Source: Candidatus Borrarchaeum weybense (GTDB lineage: Archaea > Asgardarchaeota > Sifarchaeia > Borrarchaeales > Borrarchaeaceae). Taken from it: a stretch of DNA of 64,000 bases. Shown one piece after another: positions 27,913 through 38,575 of this stretch (positions are counted from its first letter, which is position 1; the number at the start of each line of letters is the position of its first letter). The stretch lies in contig JAHQJS010000006.1 of the NCBI GenBank assembly GCA_019057385.1, positions 452,938 to 516,937 on the forward strand, in the 5' to 3' direction. Both the position numbers and the translations under genes were made by a program. Under the pieces are notes generated by a model that worked only from the letters and a program-made list of their open reading frames with translations, did no database searches and was not told where the DNA came from.

Positions 27913-30900
27913 ATGGCCACAGATGCTATACAACAGGTTCTGATCATTGGAGGAGGAGTAGCAGGCATACAGGCAGCATTAGATCTGGCTTCACAGGGCG
28001 TCAATGTATATTTAGTAGAAAAAGAACCAAGTATTGGTGGAAAGATGGCCCAATTGGATAAGACCTTTCCGACGAATGATTGTTCTATGTGTATTTTAAG
28101 CCCAAAGATGGTAGAATGTTCCCGACATCCAAATATCAGACTTTGGACTTACAGTGAAGTACTAGACGTTCAAAGGACTGACCAAGGTCATTTTAAAGCT
28201 AAAATCTTGAGAAAACCACGATATGTTGATGAGGAGAAATGTACTGGTTGTGGAATATGTGCAATGAACTGTCCGGTAAAAAGTATAAATGAATTCAATG
28301 TTGGATTGGATAAACGAGCAGCCACTTATGTTCCTTTTCCTCAGGCCGTTCCTCTTATATATACGATTGATGAAAACCATTGTCTTAACTTCACTTATGG
28401 GATATGTGAAACCTGCAGAAACATGTGTCCTGCTGGAGCTGTTGATTTTACCCAAGAGCCTATTGAAACGATTATAGATGTTGCAGCTATCATTGTCGCT
28501 ACTGGATTTGAACTTCTAGATCCCTCTCCATTTACTCGTTATGGTTATCTGCAGTATAAAAACGTCTTAAGTTCGTTAGAGTTTGAACGCCTTCTTAGTG
28601 CGTCTGGACCGACTGGAGGTCATGTGCTCTGCCCATCAAATGGAAAAGAGCCGAAAACTATCGCCTTTATTGCATGTGTTGGATCACGGGATTGTGTTCA
28701 CGTCAATGCTCGCCCATACTGCTCTAAAATCTGTTGTACTTACGCAACCAAACAGGCTATAATTGCACGCGAGCATGACCCGCATATAGATGCATATATT
28801 CTTTACAATGATCTTCGGACATTTGGCAAGGGATTTGAAGAATATATCAATAAAGCAGAAGAGACTTATGACATAAAATACCTTAAATCTTTGCCAGGAG
28901 AGATAATGGAAGATCATCAGACTGGAGAATTGCTTATAGGCTATGGAGATTTTTCAACGCTCGAAAAACAGATACTAAAAACGGATTTAGTAATTTTATG
29001 CCCTGCAATGATTCCTTCTAGTGGCAACGACAAATTATCAAAAATTTTAGACGTTGAACTTGATGAATATGGTTTCTTTAAAGCAAAGGATGCAACAGAT
29101 CCTGTAACTACTAATATTCCAGGTGTTTTTCTCGCTGGCGCATGTGAAGGTGTAAAGGATATACCTTTATCTGTAGCCCAAGCTAGTGCTGCAGCAGCGA
29201 AATCAGTTCTTAGGACTGAGGTAGAAATAGTAAAACCAGAGAAAGTAATAGAGGAAGACCTAACACTAGAGGAAGAACCCAGAATAGGTGCATTCATTTG
29301 TCATTGTGGTATCAATATCGGCGGCGTTGTTAACGTCCCTGAAGTAGTTGACTACGCAAAAACCCTGCCCAATGTCGTTTATGCTACTGACAATCTATAT
29401 ACGTGTTCTTCTGATACCCAGGAATTGATAAAGGAAAAAATAAAGGAACATCGATTGAATAGAGTTCTTGTAGCTTCTTGTACTCCCCGAACCCATGAAC
29501 CCTTATTTCGAAGTACCATTGAAGAGGCTGGACTAAACCCATACCTATTTGAATTGGCAAATATTCGAGAACAGTGCAGTTGGATTCATATGCGCGAGCC
29601 TGAGGATGCTACCAAAAAAGCAAAAGATTTAGTGCGGATGGCGGTAGCTAGAACATCACTTTTAGAACCACAAGCAATCATTACGAAAGATGTAATTCCC
29701 GCTGCACTAGTAATTGGTGCAGGTGTCTCTGGTATGAGTAGTGCAAAAACAATAGCTGATAAGGGGTTCAAAGTATACTTAGTTGAAAGAGACAGTTCGG
29801 TTGGTGGCTTTATTAAACATCTTAAAAGCATTCGTACCTATGGAAATTATGAACGCGATACTAAAGAGGTTATTAGCGACCTAGAAAAAAGTATACGCTC
29901 CCATGAAAATATAGAACTGATGCTTGCAACGGAAATAAAAGAAGTTACTGGCTCAATTGGAGATTTTTCAATCATTTTACAGGGTGATACTGAAAAAACT
30001 GTAAATGTCGGAACAATAATTGTAGCAACTGGTGGTACCGAATTAAAACCGGTTGGCTATTATGGCTATGGTGAAATTGAAAATGTTTGTACACAGACAG
30101 AACTGGAAGAATTAATACATGACGACAAAATAGACGAAGGCGGCACATTTGTGATGATAAACTGTGTGGGTGCAAGAGAAAAAGAAGGTCGTACTTATTG
30201 TTCTGCTATCTGCTGTGGTGAGTCACTTAAAAACGCAAAAGTCCTTAAGGAAAGGTATCCAAACAGTACTATATTTGTTCTTTATCGCGATTTGAGGGTA
30301 TTTGGAGCAGGAGAAGAATATTATCATGATGTTAGAGATAGCGGAGTACGCTTTTTGAGATACGATCCCGACAATCCCCCAGAAGTATCTCAGCTTGCGG
30401 ATGGTAAGGTACAGGTGAAGATTACTGATACACTTCTAGAAACTACATTTGCTCTTCCCGCAGACAAAGTGATTCTATCCGCACCGTTAATTGCTCATGA
30501 TAATAAAGCCTTAGCAGAAATGCTAAAAGTACCGACAGATTCACACGGATTCTTTTTGGAGGCTCATGTGAAACTACGACCTGTTGAGTTCGCAACTGAT
30601 GGGATTTATCTGGCTGGAACTGCGCAGGGGCCAAAAAATGTTGAAGAAAGCGTAGCCCATGCACAAGCTGCTGCCGCTAAAGCACTAATCCCGTTAGTAC
30701 TTGGATATGTGGAATCTGAGCCAATAGTTGGAGTCGTCGATCCAGATGTTTGTGTTGGCTGTGAGTTCTGCATTGATGTTTGCCAGTTCGGCGCAATTGA
30801 AATGGAGGAAGTAGAAAACAAAGAATTGAAATTCTTGAAGGAATTAAAAGCCAAAATTAATCCTGCCTTATGTAAGGGATGCGGAACCTGTTCATCTGAA

Positions 30901-31419
30901 TGTCAAGTTGGTGCAATTCGTATGAGGCATTTCACGGATGATCAGATTTTGGCAATGGTTCATGCAGCTCTTGAAAAGCCACCTACCTCTCCAGAACCTT
31001 TTATCGTTGCCTTCCTATGTAATTGGTGCTCTTATGCAGGAGCTGATAATGCAGGAGTTTCCAGATTTCAACAGCCTACTAATGTAAGGAATGTGAGAGT
31101 CATGTGCACAGGAAGGATCGACATGATTCACATCCTTGAAGCGCTAGCTGGCGGCGCTGACGGTGTTCTAGTCATGGGTTGCCACCCAGGTGATTGCCAC
31201 TATATTGCAGGCAATCTCCGCGCAGAAATCCGCATAAAATTCCTGATAAGTGTGTTAGACGCAATTGGTTTAGAACCTGAACGCCTAAGACTTGAATGGG
31301 TATCTGCATCTGAAGGCAAGAAGTTTGAAGAAGTTGTTAGGGAGTTTGTAGAAACTATTAGAACACTAGGACCAAGCCCTCACAGAAAGATCCCATTGGC
31401 AAAAACAATTAGCGAGTAA
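27913..31419 (+). CDS. hdrA: Tandem HdrA-HdrA-MvhD fusion (heterodisulfide reductase subunit A-like)
   Basis: Two GxGxxG FAD sites, DKTFPTNDCSMC, ferredoxin motifs, C-terminal CNWCSYAGAD..GCHPGDCHY. Confidence 0.92.
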   Translation: MATDAIQQVLIIGGGVAGIQAALDLASQGVNVYLVEKEPSIGGKMAQLDKTFPTNDCSMCILSPKMVECSRHPNIRLWTYSEVLDVQRTDQGHFKAKILRKPRYVDEEKCTGCGICAMNCPVKSINEFNVGLDKRAATYVPFPQAVPLIYTIDENHCLNFTYGICETCRNMCPAGAVDFTQEPIETIIDVAAIIVATGFELLDPSPFTRYGYLQYKNVLSSLEFERLLSASGPTGGHVLCPSNGKEPKTIAFIACVGSRDCVHVNARPYCSKICCTYATKQAIIAREHDPHIDAYILYNDLRTFGKGFEEYINKAEETYDIKYLKSLPGEIMEDHQTGELLIGYGDFSTLEKQILKTDLVILCPAMIPSSGNDKLSKILDVELDEYGFFKAKDATDPVTTNIPGVFLAGACEGVKDIPLSVAQASAAAAKSVLRTEVEIVKPEKVIEEDLTLEEEPRIGAFICHCGINIGGVVNVPEVVDYAKTLPNVVYATDNLYTCSSDTQELIKEKIKEHRLNRVLVASCTPRTHEPLFRSTIEEAGLNPYLFELANIREQCSWIHMREPEDATKKAKDLVRMAVARTSLLEPQAIITKDVIPAALVIGAGVSGMSSAKTIADKGFKVYLVERDSSVGGFIKHLKSIRTYGNYERDTKEVISDLEKSIRSHENIELMLATEIKEVTGSIGDFSIILQGDTEKTVNVGTIIVATGGTELKPVGYYGYGEIENVCTQTELEELIHDDKIDEGGTFVMINCVGAREKEGRTYCSAICCGESLKNAKVLKERYPNSTIFVLYRDLRVFGAGEEYYHDVRDSGVRFLRYDPDNPPEVSQLADGKVQVKITDTLLETTFALPADKVILSAPLIAHDNKALAEMLKVPTDSHGFFLEAHVKLRPVEFATDGIYLAGTAQGPKNVEESVAHAQAAAAKALIPLVLGYVESEPIVGVVDPDVCVGCEFCIDVCQFGAIEMEEVENKELKFLKELKAKINPALCKGCGTCSSECQVGAIRMRHFTDDQILAMVHAALEKPPTSPEPFIVAFLCNWCSYAGADNAGVSRFQQPTNVRNVRVMCTGRIDMIHILEALAGGADGVLVMGCHPGDCHYIAGNLRAEIRIKFLISVLDAIGLEPERLRLEWVSASEGKKFEEVVREFVETIRTLGPSPHRKIPLAKTISE

Positions 31420-31420
31420 G

Positions 31421-31954
31421 GTGAGAAAAATGGACGATCCCAAACAGATTGTGGATTTTTCACAACTTGATTTAGAGTTTTCAAATTATGTCAAACACAA
31501 TACTAGCGCAAATCCTTTCGTATGCTTTACATGTAGAACTTGTGCGTCATTATGTACTTCAGGAAAAGTTAATGTATTAAATATAGCTAAGATTATTAGG
31601 AAAGTCGCACTTGGACTTAAGGATAGCGTCCTAAATAGTAAAGAAATATGGACGTGTGCGACCTGCATGAAATGCCAAGAATTTTGCCCTCAGGGTGTGA
31701 ACCCTTTAGATATGATCTATTTCCTACAAAACAAAGCTGTTGAGGCAGGAACGCCTACAATTCCAACGGCTTACGTTGAAATGGTTAAAAACATCATCAA
31801 GATCGGTTTAATTCAACCTCCTCAAGAGATAATCTCACTAGATTTCGATGAGTTCGATAGGGAAGAGTTAGGACTCCCAGATTTATCTATGCCAGACACT
31901 GATAAATTAAAGCTGAACTTACTGAAAACTGGATTTCGTCATGTCATAAAATAG
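31421..31954 (+). CDS. hdrC: Heterodisulfide reductase subunit C
   Basis: CFTCRTC..C and WTCATCMKC..CP. Confidence 0.85.
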   Translation: MRKMDDPKQIVDFSQLDLEFSNYVKHNTSANPFVCFTCRTCASLCTSGKVNVLNIAKIIRKVALGLKDSVLNSKEIWTCATCMKCQEFCPQGVNPLDMIYFLQNKAVEAGTPTIPTAYVEMVKNIIKIGLIQPPQEIISLDFDEFDREELGLPDLSMPDTDKLKLNLLKTGFRHVIK

Positions 31955-32851
31955 GTGGAATTTATGAACGTTGTTTTATACCTTGGTTGCACAATTCCTA
32001 CACAAGAGTATGCTTACGAATTATCTGCAAGAGAGGTTTTACCTCGCTTTGACGTGAACCTAATTGACTTACAAAATGCGGCTTGTTGCGGGCAACCATT
32101 GAAAGGGATTGATAATTTAGGTTGGTTGTATTTAGCCTCTCGAATAATTGCTTTGGCTGAGCAACAGAATGCTGAAACCCTTCTAGTACTCTGTAACGGC
32201 TGTCATGTTTCAATCTGTGAAGCAAAACACATAATTGAATCAGATGAACATCTGCGAAAAAAAATTGCAGAAATGTTAGCTGAGGAAGACCTTGAAATAA
32301 AGGGTCACATTCGAATTAGACATCTTTTAGATTTCCTTCATGATGATATAGGGCCACAGAAAATCAAACAAGTATTAGAACATAGTCAAGACTTTAAACC
32401 TTTGGAAGACCTTAAACTAGCTGCGCACTATGGATGTCATATTATCAGACCCAGTTCTATAGAGCGACCAGATGAGCTAGATGACCCTAGTAAGTTAGAG
32501 GCTTTGATTGAGGTTACAGGTGCAAGTACGGCAAAATATCCTGAAAGATTAGAGTGCTGTGGGGCACCCATGCTAGCTACAGTTGATAAAGAATCTTTTC
32601 AAATCTCTGGAAACAAACTGATGGCTATTCAAAATCGAGGTTTCGATGGTGTCATTACTGTATGTCCTTTTTGCGAGAGAATGCTTGAACGTCAAGAGGC
32701 GATCTCAAGAGTTACTGGGCTAGATGTCACTGGTATATTCAGCATGTATTATACGCAGCTGCTTGGGTTGGCAATGGGAATTGAAAGTGAGCAATTGGGT
32801 CTTCAGCTTAACATGAGCTCTATTGAAAAAATGCTAAATAAGATCTCTTGA
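31955..32851 (+). CDS. hdrB: Heterodisulfide reductase subunit B
   Basis: Two CCG domains, HYGCH, CPFC, YYTQLLGLAMG; likely start ATG 31964. Confidence 0.9.
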   Translation: MEFMNVVLYLGCTIPTQEYAYELSAREVLPRFDVNLIDLQNAACCGQPLKGIDNLGWLYLASRIIALAEQQNAETLLVLCNGCHVSICEAKHIIESDEHLRKKIAEMLAEEDLEIKGHIRIRHLLDFLHDDIGPQKIKQVLEHSQDFKPLEDLKLAAHYGCHIIRPSSIERPDELDDPSKLEALIEVTGASTAKYPERLECCGAPMLATVDKESFQISGNKLMAIQNRGFDGVITVCPFCERMLERQEAISRVTGLDVTGIFSMYYTQLLGLAMGIESEQLGLQLNMSSIEKMLNKIS

Positions 32852-32999
32852 AACTCTGTAAAGTTCATGTTAAGTAATGATTTAACCTAAAAACTAGTGA
32901 ATAATTTTGTCACAAATTTTAAATTTGATTTTTGATGGAATTCTATTGAGCACTAGATTACCAAAAAATGCTCTCAGTAAGTTATTCTGGTGATATTTA

Positions 33000-33434
33000 T
33001 TGCAAGTTCACGATAGTAGGTTATCTGATCTCCTCTCAGAGGTAATCTCCGATTCGTCCGAAATTAATGTTAGCCTACTTTGTTCACATGAAGGATTTCC
33101 AATAGCATTTGCAATGAACTCAGACACAGAGGAAGACATCGTACTTCTGAGCGCTATGACATCCTCTGTTCATTCCATTTCGAATCAGGCGGTTTCGCAA
33201 TTAAATACAGGACCCCTTTTGACAACGACGATCGAAGCAGCCAAAGGAACTCTGCTATTGAGAGATTTAGGGGAATATGTCTTTGTTGCGCATGTTCCCA
33301 AAACAAAAAAAGATAGGGGTCAAGGCGCAAGGGTGAGGAGTTATCATATAGGTATTGCCCTAAATGCAATGGAAAAAAGTGCTGAAAAAATTATGCGCTA
33401 TTTAGTTAACTTAGAAAAAGAGTCTTCTGAATGA
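33000..33434 (+). CDS. Roadblock/LC7 domain protein
   Basis: LLCSHEGFPIA..LSAMTSS..IEAAKG; SD GGTGA plus TTG. Confidence 0.85.
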   Translation: MQVHDSRLSDLLSEVISDSSEINVSLLCSHEGFPIAFAMNSDTEEDIVLLSAMTSSVHSISNQAVSQLNTGPLLTTTIEAAKGTLLLRDLGEYVFVAHVPKTKKDRGQGARVRSYHIGIALNAMEKSAEKIMRYLVNLEKESSE

Positions 33435-33582
33435 TCATTTCTAACTGTTACTAGAAATTCTTATTTTTCTGTGCATGTTTTTCTCAGAAAAAATAAAAGT
33501 TATGTTTGAGATTTTTTAATAGGCAGCATATGCAGCAACGGATAGAGGAATCATAAAACAACAATCTAGTGGTGATGCCTTT

Positions 33583-34011
33583 TTGCTTGTTCACGATAGT
33601 AGACTATCAGATATTCTCGCTGAAATAGTATCTTCATCTGACATCAATGTTAGTTTACTATGTACCATTGATGGTTTTCCAATAGCGTTTTCTGTAGAAT
33701 CATCCTCAGCAGAGGATGTTGCACTTCTGACTGCCGCCATGACTGCTGCAGTTCATTCGATTTCTAATCAAGCCGTAGCAGAATTAGAAAAGACTGGCAA
33801 ATTTCAAACCACAATTATTGAGAGTGATAAAGGTAATTTCTTCGTCAAGGAATTAACTAAGAAGGTTCTTTTTTGCTGCCATGTTAGGAAAACCTCTGAA
33901 ACATTAGGCGCCCGTGTTCGAAGTTATATGCTTGGTATTGCCCTAAGCACAATGGAAAACAGTATTACAAAAATTAAGAAATATTTAGGTAGCATAGACG
34001 AAGATTACTAA
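33583..34011 (+). CDS. Roadblock/LC7 domain protein (tandem paralog)
   Basis: LLCTIDGFPIA..AAMTAA..IESDKG; shared HDSRLSD and GARVRSY. Confidence 0.85.
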   Translation: MLVHDSRLSDILAEIVSSSDINVSLLCTIDGFPIAFSVESSSAEDVALLTAAMTAAVHSISNQAVAELEKTGKFQTTIIESDKGNFFVKELTKKVLFCCHVRKTSETLGARVRSYMLGIALSTMENSITKIKKYLGSIDEDY

Positions 34012-34142
34012 GCACGAACAACTTAACACATTATTGAAATCAGTTAATCAAGTTTGAACTAGTTTTTATTGTTTTTCCTTAGATCTTGGTGTTATTCAAA
34101 AGAAAAATAAGAGTCGAAGTGGTTCTTTCATTAGGTGATTAT

Positions 34143-35747
34143 ATGAATGAATTAGACTGCCCAATTGTTGAGGTGACTGTTTATCGCTCCGAAGCGGATA
34201 TTAAGAGAACGGGAAAGATACATCTCCCTTCGAGTGGGCTTCAAAAGGTGATAATCCCCAATGTCAGTTCAAAAATAAACCAAGACTCAATACGTGTGAA
34301 TGGTAGAGGCCTTGGATCTATAATATCAACTGATATAAAATCGAAACTGGGTGAAAGAACACCTTTACCTGAAATAACTTCCTTGCTAGATGAACTAGAA
34401 CAACTTTATTTAGAAAAGGCAAAACTTGAGGCTGAAAAAGCGGCTCTGGCACAGCAACAAGAAGGTTTATTGAGCCTATGGAACAAAACAACTCATGAAG
34501 AACATTTCCTTAGACGATGGGCTATGGGTAAAATTGACATTGAAAAATTAAAAACTCTCGAAGCCTATGTATTCCAAGATTTTTCCACCAAATTGCTTGA
34601 CCTTGATCTAAAACTTAAGAAATTACAGGAAAAGATAGATGATAAAAATGCGCAACTAGAAATGTTAAATGCACAATTTAGGGAGCAAACTGAGCGACTT
34701 TATGATATTGTAGTTAACGTCGATGTTGACCAAGAATCTGATTTTGAATTAGATGTTACTTACCGTATCTATGATTCATATTGGCATCCTACTTATGACA
34801 TTACTCTTGAGTCAGAGTCAGCCAAGGTAGAGCAATTTGTATTAGTCAGGAATTCTACATTCGAACCATGGAATAATGCGTACTTAACACTAAGCACCGT
34901 TTCGACAAGTGTCACAAGTATTCAAGAACCAGAACCATACTATATCTATCTGGGGACCCCCTACGTAGCAAAGCCCAGGAGTGCGGCAAGAAGAGATATG
35001 TTTGAAGCTGAAAAGAAAATGGCTGAAATAGAAGAAATGGATGAAGATCTTGCTGGTGCACCTTATGAGGAAGAACCTGCCCTAATGCCTCCACCTGCGC
35101 CAGATCTGAAAGTTGTAGAAGCTGAACTGCGTTCAGAAGGCGAAGTTCAGGTGTTCAAATTACCCGAGAAAGTTACGATTCCCCCTGATGGAGAACCACA
35201 TGGCTTTTTAGCACAAACGTACAAGTTGCAATTCAAACGTGAGTTTTATTGGGATGCCTATCTCGGCAATGAAGTTATTGAACTTTTAAAAATTACAAAC
35301 GGTGATGTGACGCTTCTCCCAGGCCGAGCAAAAGTATTTGAAGGTCAGGATTTTATTGGAGCAACGAATTTACCAAAAATCGCACCAAGCGAAGAATTCG
35401 ACGCTGGAGCTAGAGTAAGTCCAACGATCAAAGCGGAAAAGAAACTCATGGAGCGTGAGGCTGAAAAAACTGGGCTTGTCGGTAAGAAATCAACTAGATC
35501 TTATAAGTATCAACTTAAGATCGAAAACCTTCGAGAAGATTCCCTCATAACAGTTTATGACAGAATACCAAAGTCACAAAGTGAAGAGGTTGAGGTCGAA
35601 ATAAAATCCATGAAACCAGAGCCTAAAGAAACGCGAATTGGTATTTATAAATGGGAAGTAGAAGTACCGGCTAAAAGCGAATTCTTTATTGAATATGAAT
35701 TTGTCATAGAGTTTCCAAGGGGACAGAACGTATATCCTTTACCTTAA
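34143..35747 (+). CDS. DUF4140/DUF4139 (MuiA-like) protein
   Basis: IVEVTVY..A, DSIRV, coiled coil, WHPTYD, LLPGRAKVF, VYDRIP. Confidence 0.85.
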   Translation: MNELDCPIVEVTVYRSEADIKRTGKIHLPSSGLQKVIIPNVSSKINQDSIRVNGRGLGSIISTDIKSKLGERTPLPEITSLLDELEQLYLEKAKLEAEKAALAQQQEGLLSLWNKTTHEEHFLRRWAMGKIDIEKLKTLEAYVFQDFSTKLLDLDLKLKKLQEKIDDKNAQLEMLNAQFREQTERLYDIVVNVDVDQESDFELDVTYRIYDSYWHPTYDITLESESAKVEQFVLVRNSTFEPWNNAYLTLSTVSTSVTSIQEPEPYYIYLGTPYVAKPRSAARRDMFEAEKKMAEIEEMDEDLAGAPYEEEPALMPPPAPDLKVVEAELRSEGEVQVFKLPEKVTIPPDGEPHGFLAQTYKLQFKREFYWDAYLGNEVIELLKITNGDVTLLPGRAKVFEGQDFIGATNLPKIAPSEEFDAGARVSPTIKAEKKLMEREAEKTGLVGKKSTRSYKYQLKIENLREDSLITVYDRIPKSQSEEVEVEIKSMKPEPKETRIGIYKWEVEVPAKSEFFIEYEFVIEFPRGQNVYPLP

Positions 35748-35881
35748 ACTAACAAAAATCCTTTCTTTTTTCTCTAGAACGCTTAAACTTAAAATTTATT
35801 TTGTTTTTCTTATTGAAATTGAGTTATTTGAAAAAGCAATTCGGTTAATTTAAAAAAAGAGAGATTAGAAGTTTAATCGAG

Positions 35882-36184
35882 TTAGGCGGATGTTTCCGAA
35901 GTTTCAGACTCATCACTAGTCGTGAAGGTCTCCCAGAGTTCATCAGTTTTTGGGCAGTAAAGAATAAACTGATAAAATAAGTTGTTAACAGGAACTACAT
36001 AGATTTCTCCGTGTTCTGGATGTATGATTGATTCACAGGGCTGAAATATATGCGGCTTTTTTAGACAAGTATGAATTTTAGGATACTTGTTAGCTAATTC
36101 AGACCAACTGATCTTTCTTAGTGAACTGTCTTTTCCTACAAATTTTCCTTTGAATTTGTTAAAGTCCTTAGCAATATCATCCAT
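35882..36184 (-). CDS. Hypothetical protein
   Basis: Globular-looking 100 aa from ATG 36184; upstream track extension resembles promoter DNA. Confidence 0.5.
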   Translation of the reverse strand: MDDIAKDFNKFKGKFVGKDSSLRKISWSELANKYPKIHTCLKKPHIFQPCESIIHPEHGEIYVVPVNNLFYQFILYCPKTDELWETFTTSDESETSETSA

Positions 36185-36499
36185 CGACAAAATTCCTATT
36201 GATGTCTCTACTTTTACGAAACATGAAACCTTAAATGTCTCTCGATATCTCGAGCGAAATAAATTTGTGACTCTCTCTATCAAAGAGATTAAAGTTAAAA
36301 TTTTGGTTTCTCGCCAAGTTTTATTTTTTCTTAAGAGTTTTAAATAAAACATTGCTGAGTATCGCAGTAATCATCATCAACAAATGGGGAATGAAAAAAT
36401 AACATTCCGCCTGCAAATTGAAAAAAGTTGAGCTCAATGAAAGATAGTTTTTCTTAGCCTAGAATTAATAAAATTTCAGTAATAACTTCACAACAAGGT

Positions 36500-37030
36500 T
36501 TAGTAATCCTTTAGTTTGTAGACATTCTTTCGTAGTTTTTCAAGAGTTTCATCAACATTCTCAACCAAAATGCGGGAACCACTTAAAATCTCCATGAAAC
36601 CTATGTCTCCGTTATAACGGGGAACTATCTGAATATGAAAATGGTCAATACTAGCGCCAGCAGCGTTGCCCTCATTGAATCCAATGTTAAAGCCATGTGG
36701 GTGGTAGAGTTCTTCTAATAGTCTAACGAACTTTTGAGCCAACCGAAAGACATTGAATATTTCTTCTTCTGTGAGTTCACTAAAATGCTCTTTATGAGAT
36801 AGTGGGATAACGAGACAGTGACCGGGGTTATATGGATAAAGATTGAGTGCTACAAGGGCTACATCATTTCTATATACTTCATTCGAAACTACGTCCGGGT
36901 CTCTATCTACGAGTTTGCAGAATACGCATTCTCCTGCTTTTAGTTTTGGTTTTCCATTCCTATTTTGTACATATGCGTTTTTCCAAGGAACATGTAAGTG
37001 TTGTGTAAATAAAGGGCGGTCTTCTTTCAT
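36500..37030 (-). CDS. HIT-family protein (Ap4A phosphorylase-like, HxHxQ)
   Basis: CVFC, NLYPYNPGH, AGASIDHFHIQIVPR. Confidence 0.88.
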   Translation of the reverse strand: MKEDRPLFTQHLHVPWKNAYVQNRNGKPKLKAGECVFCKLVDRDPDVVSNEVYRNDVALVALNLYPYNPGHCLVIPLSHKEHFSELTEEEIFNVFRLAQKFVRLLEELYHPHGFNIGFNEGNAAGASIDHFHIQIVPRYNGDIGFMEILSGSRILVENVDETLEKLRKNVYKLKDY

Positions 37031-37267
37031 TAGTTCATTGTCCTCCGATGAGGTAATTTTTGAACTTCATGTCTTCTCATAGCTTACAGCAAGACTATTA
37101 TTTAATTAGATTTTGGTTAGGTAAAGTTGCCTATATTCATCTTAATAGAAATCGATAGAATTAGTACCCAGAGTTGTCGTTATAATAGACAGAATTGGTC
37201 GTATCTATAAAATATTGTTTTAAAAGTTCAATAGCAAACTATGTATCTACTATTGAAAAAGATGCTT

Positions 37268-38407
37268 TTAAATGATATCATTTTGGAGAAGTTGTATTCC
37301 CAAAAGTATTCTGTCTTCTACTTCGGGGAGCACTTTTTCGTCGCCCTGTGCCTTTCTTATTAATTCCCTTGCACCCAGGAACAGGTTGTATGCCATGTGG
37401 AACCCAATCGGAACACCATGAGGGTATAAATCCGCTAAATCTTTCCTCGCGATTAATTTTAGAACCTGATTATAACCTAACAGAAAGGTCAGAATATCCT
37501 TTCTAGTCTCATTTATGGTTCCAAATTGTCTAAACTCCTGTAAACATTGATAGGCAAAAAAAGTTCCAATATCTTCGAAACGATCACTATCTCCGGGGTA
37601 CATGTATTCTGGATCAATGATGTAAACGTTTTGTTTGTACACTGCAGACATGTCTTTAAGAACTGAGTAATCCAGATCGTCATGCTTAATACTCTGGCCG
37701 AAAATTACATTATCCATATGAAAGTCTGCAAAAATAAGGCTACCACCAATTGAATTTCTCATTTTGCTGAGATGGAAGTCGACTGCGAGAGCGATGTCCC
37801 TCTTATGCTGATCAGTGAGCGGCAAATCAAGCAATATTAACCCCATCAAACCCTTGTACTTATCCACATCGATCCGGTCTGTCTGTGATCCATGGATTGC
37901 CGCAAGGAGTTTTCCCACAGTTTTGGCTTTAAAGGTTCTCTCTATCTTCGTTTCTGTATACGTTTGTCCAAAGATACCCTCATAGATAAGTAGACGAGAT
38001 TCTGGATCACTGTGGATTAATTTAGGCGTCTTTAGATAATCAAAATCAGCAGGAAGTTGTTCTAGTCTCTGTGTTAACATCTGAGAGTTCTCTGCTTCTT
38101 GAATGACCTTCTTAGGGCTTGAAGAGATTTTTAGTGCAATCATTGTTGTAAAGCAACCAGCATCCGTACCGAGATTGACTGAAACAAGATGTATTTTTCC
38201 TGTACGACCCATTTTTCTAATGCTCGTTATATCATTGATGGTTATAAAACGGGGGCGTAATTGTGTGACTTTCTCGACTGCTGTTTTCAAATGATCTTCA
38301 AAACAACTGATAATTCTTGTTAGCAGCTCTGTATATCGCATTTTCTCTCTAATTTCGTTTGCCTTGCCATTCCACGCTTCGTCTTGCCTTGTCATCTCCT
38401 TATCCAT
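37268..38407 (-). CDS. Aminoglycoside-phosphotransferase/protein-kinase-like fold protein
   Basis: IALK, LAAIH, FADFHMDNV, IIDPE, EDIG. Confidence 0.7.
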   Translation of the reverse strand: MDKEMTRQDEAWNGKANEIREKMRYTELLTRIISCFEDHLKTAVEKVTQLRPRFITINDITSIRKMGRTGKIHLVSVNLGTDAGCFTTMIALKISSSPKKVIQEAENSQMLTQRLEQLPADFDYLKTPKLIHSDPESRLLIYEGIFGQTYTETKIERTFKAKTVGKLLAAIHGSQTDRIDVDKYKGLMGLILLDLPLTDQHKRDIALAVDFHLSKMRNSIGGSLIFADFHMDNVIFGQSIKHDDLDYSVLKDMSAVYKQNVYIIDPEYMYPGDSDRFEDIGTFFAYQCLQEFRQFGTINETRKDILTFLLGYNQVLKLIARKDLADLYPHGVPIGFHMAYNLFLGARELIRKAQGDEKVLPEVEDRILLGIQLLQNDII

Positions 38408-38575
38408 ATGAGTCCACCGAGATAGCTATTGGTCTCTTATGAAAACCCACAATCATTTTTAAAAAATCTATCGCTGGGAAGTACTGAAAAAACGTTTTAA
38501 AAAACGATTTATATTGATTGAGAGCACTCTATTAAGTTCAGAAGAAAAGTGCTTTGGATATTAGACAGAACTAAC

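Noticed and set aside
31952-31966. hdrC and hdrB are in the same frame separated only by TAG (possible pyrrolysine/readthrough fusion)
   Set aside because: An SD-like AGGTGG precedes ATG 31964 of hdrB, same-frame adjacency happens by chance one time in three, and there is no pyl evidence in the window.
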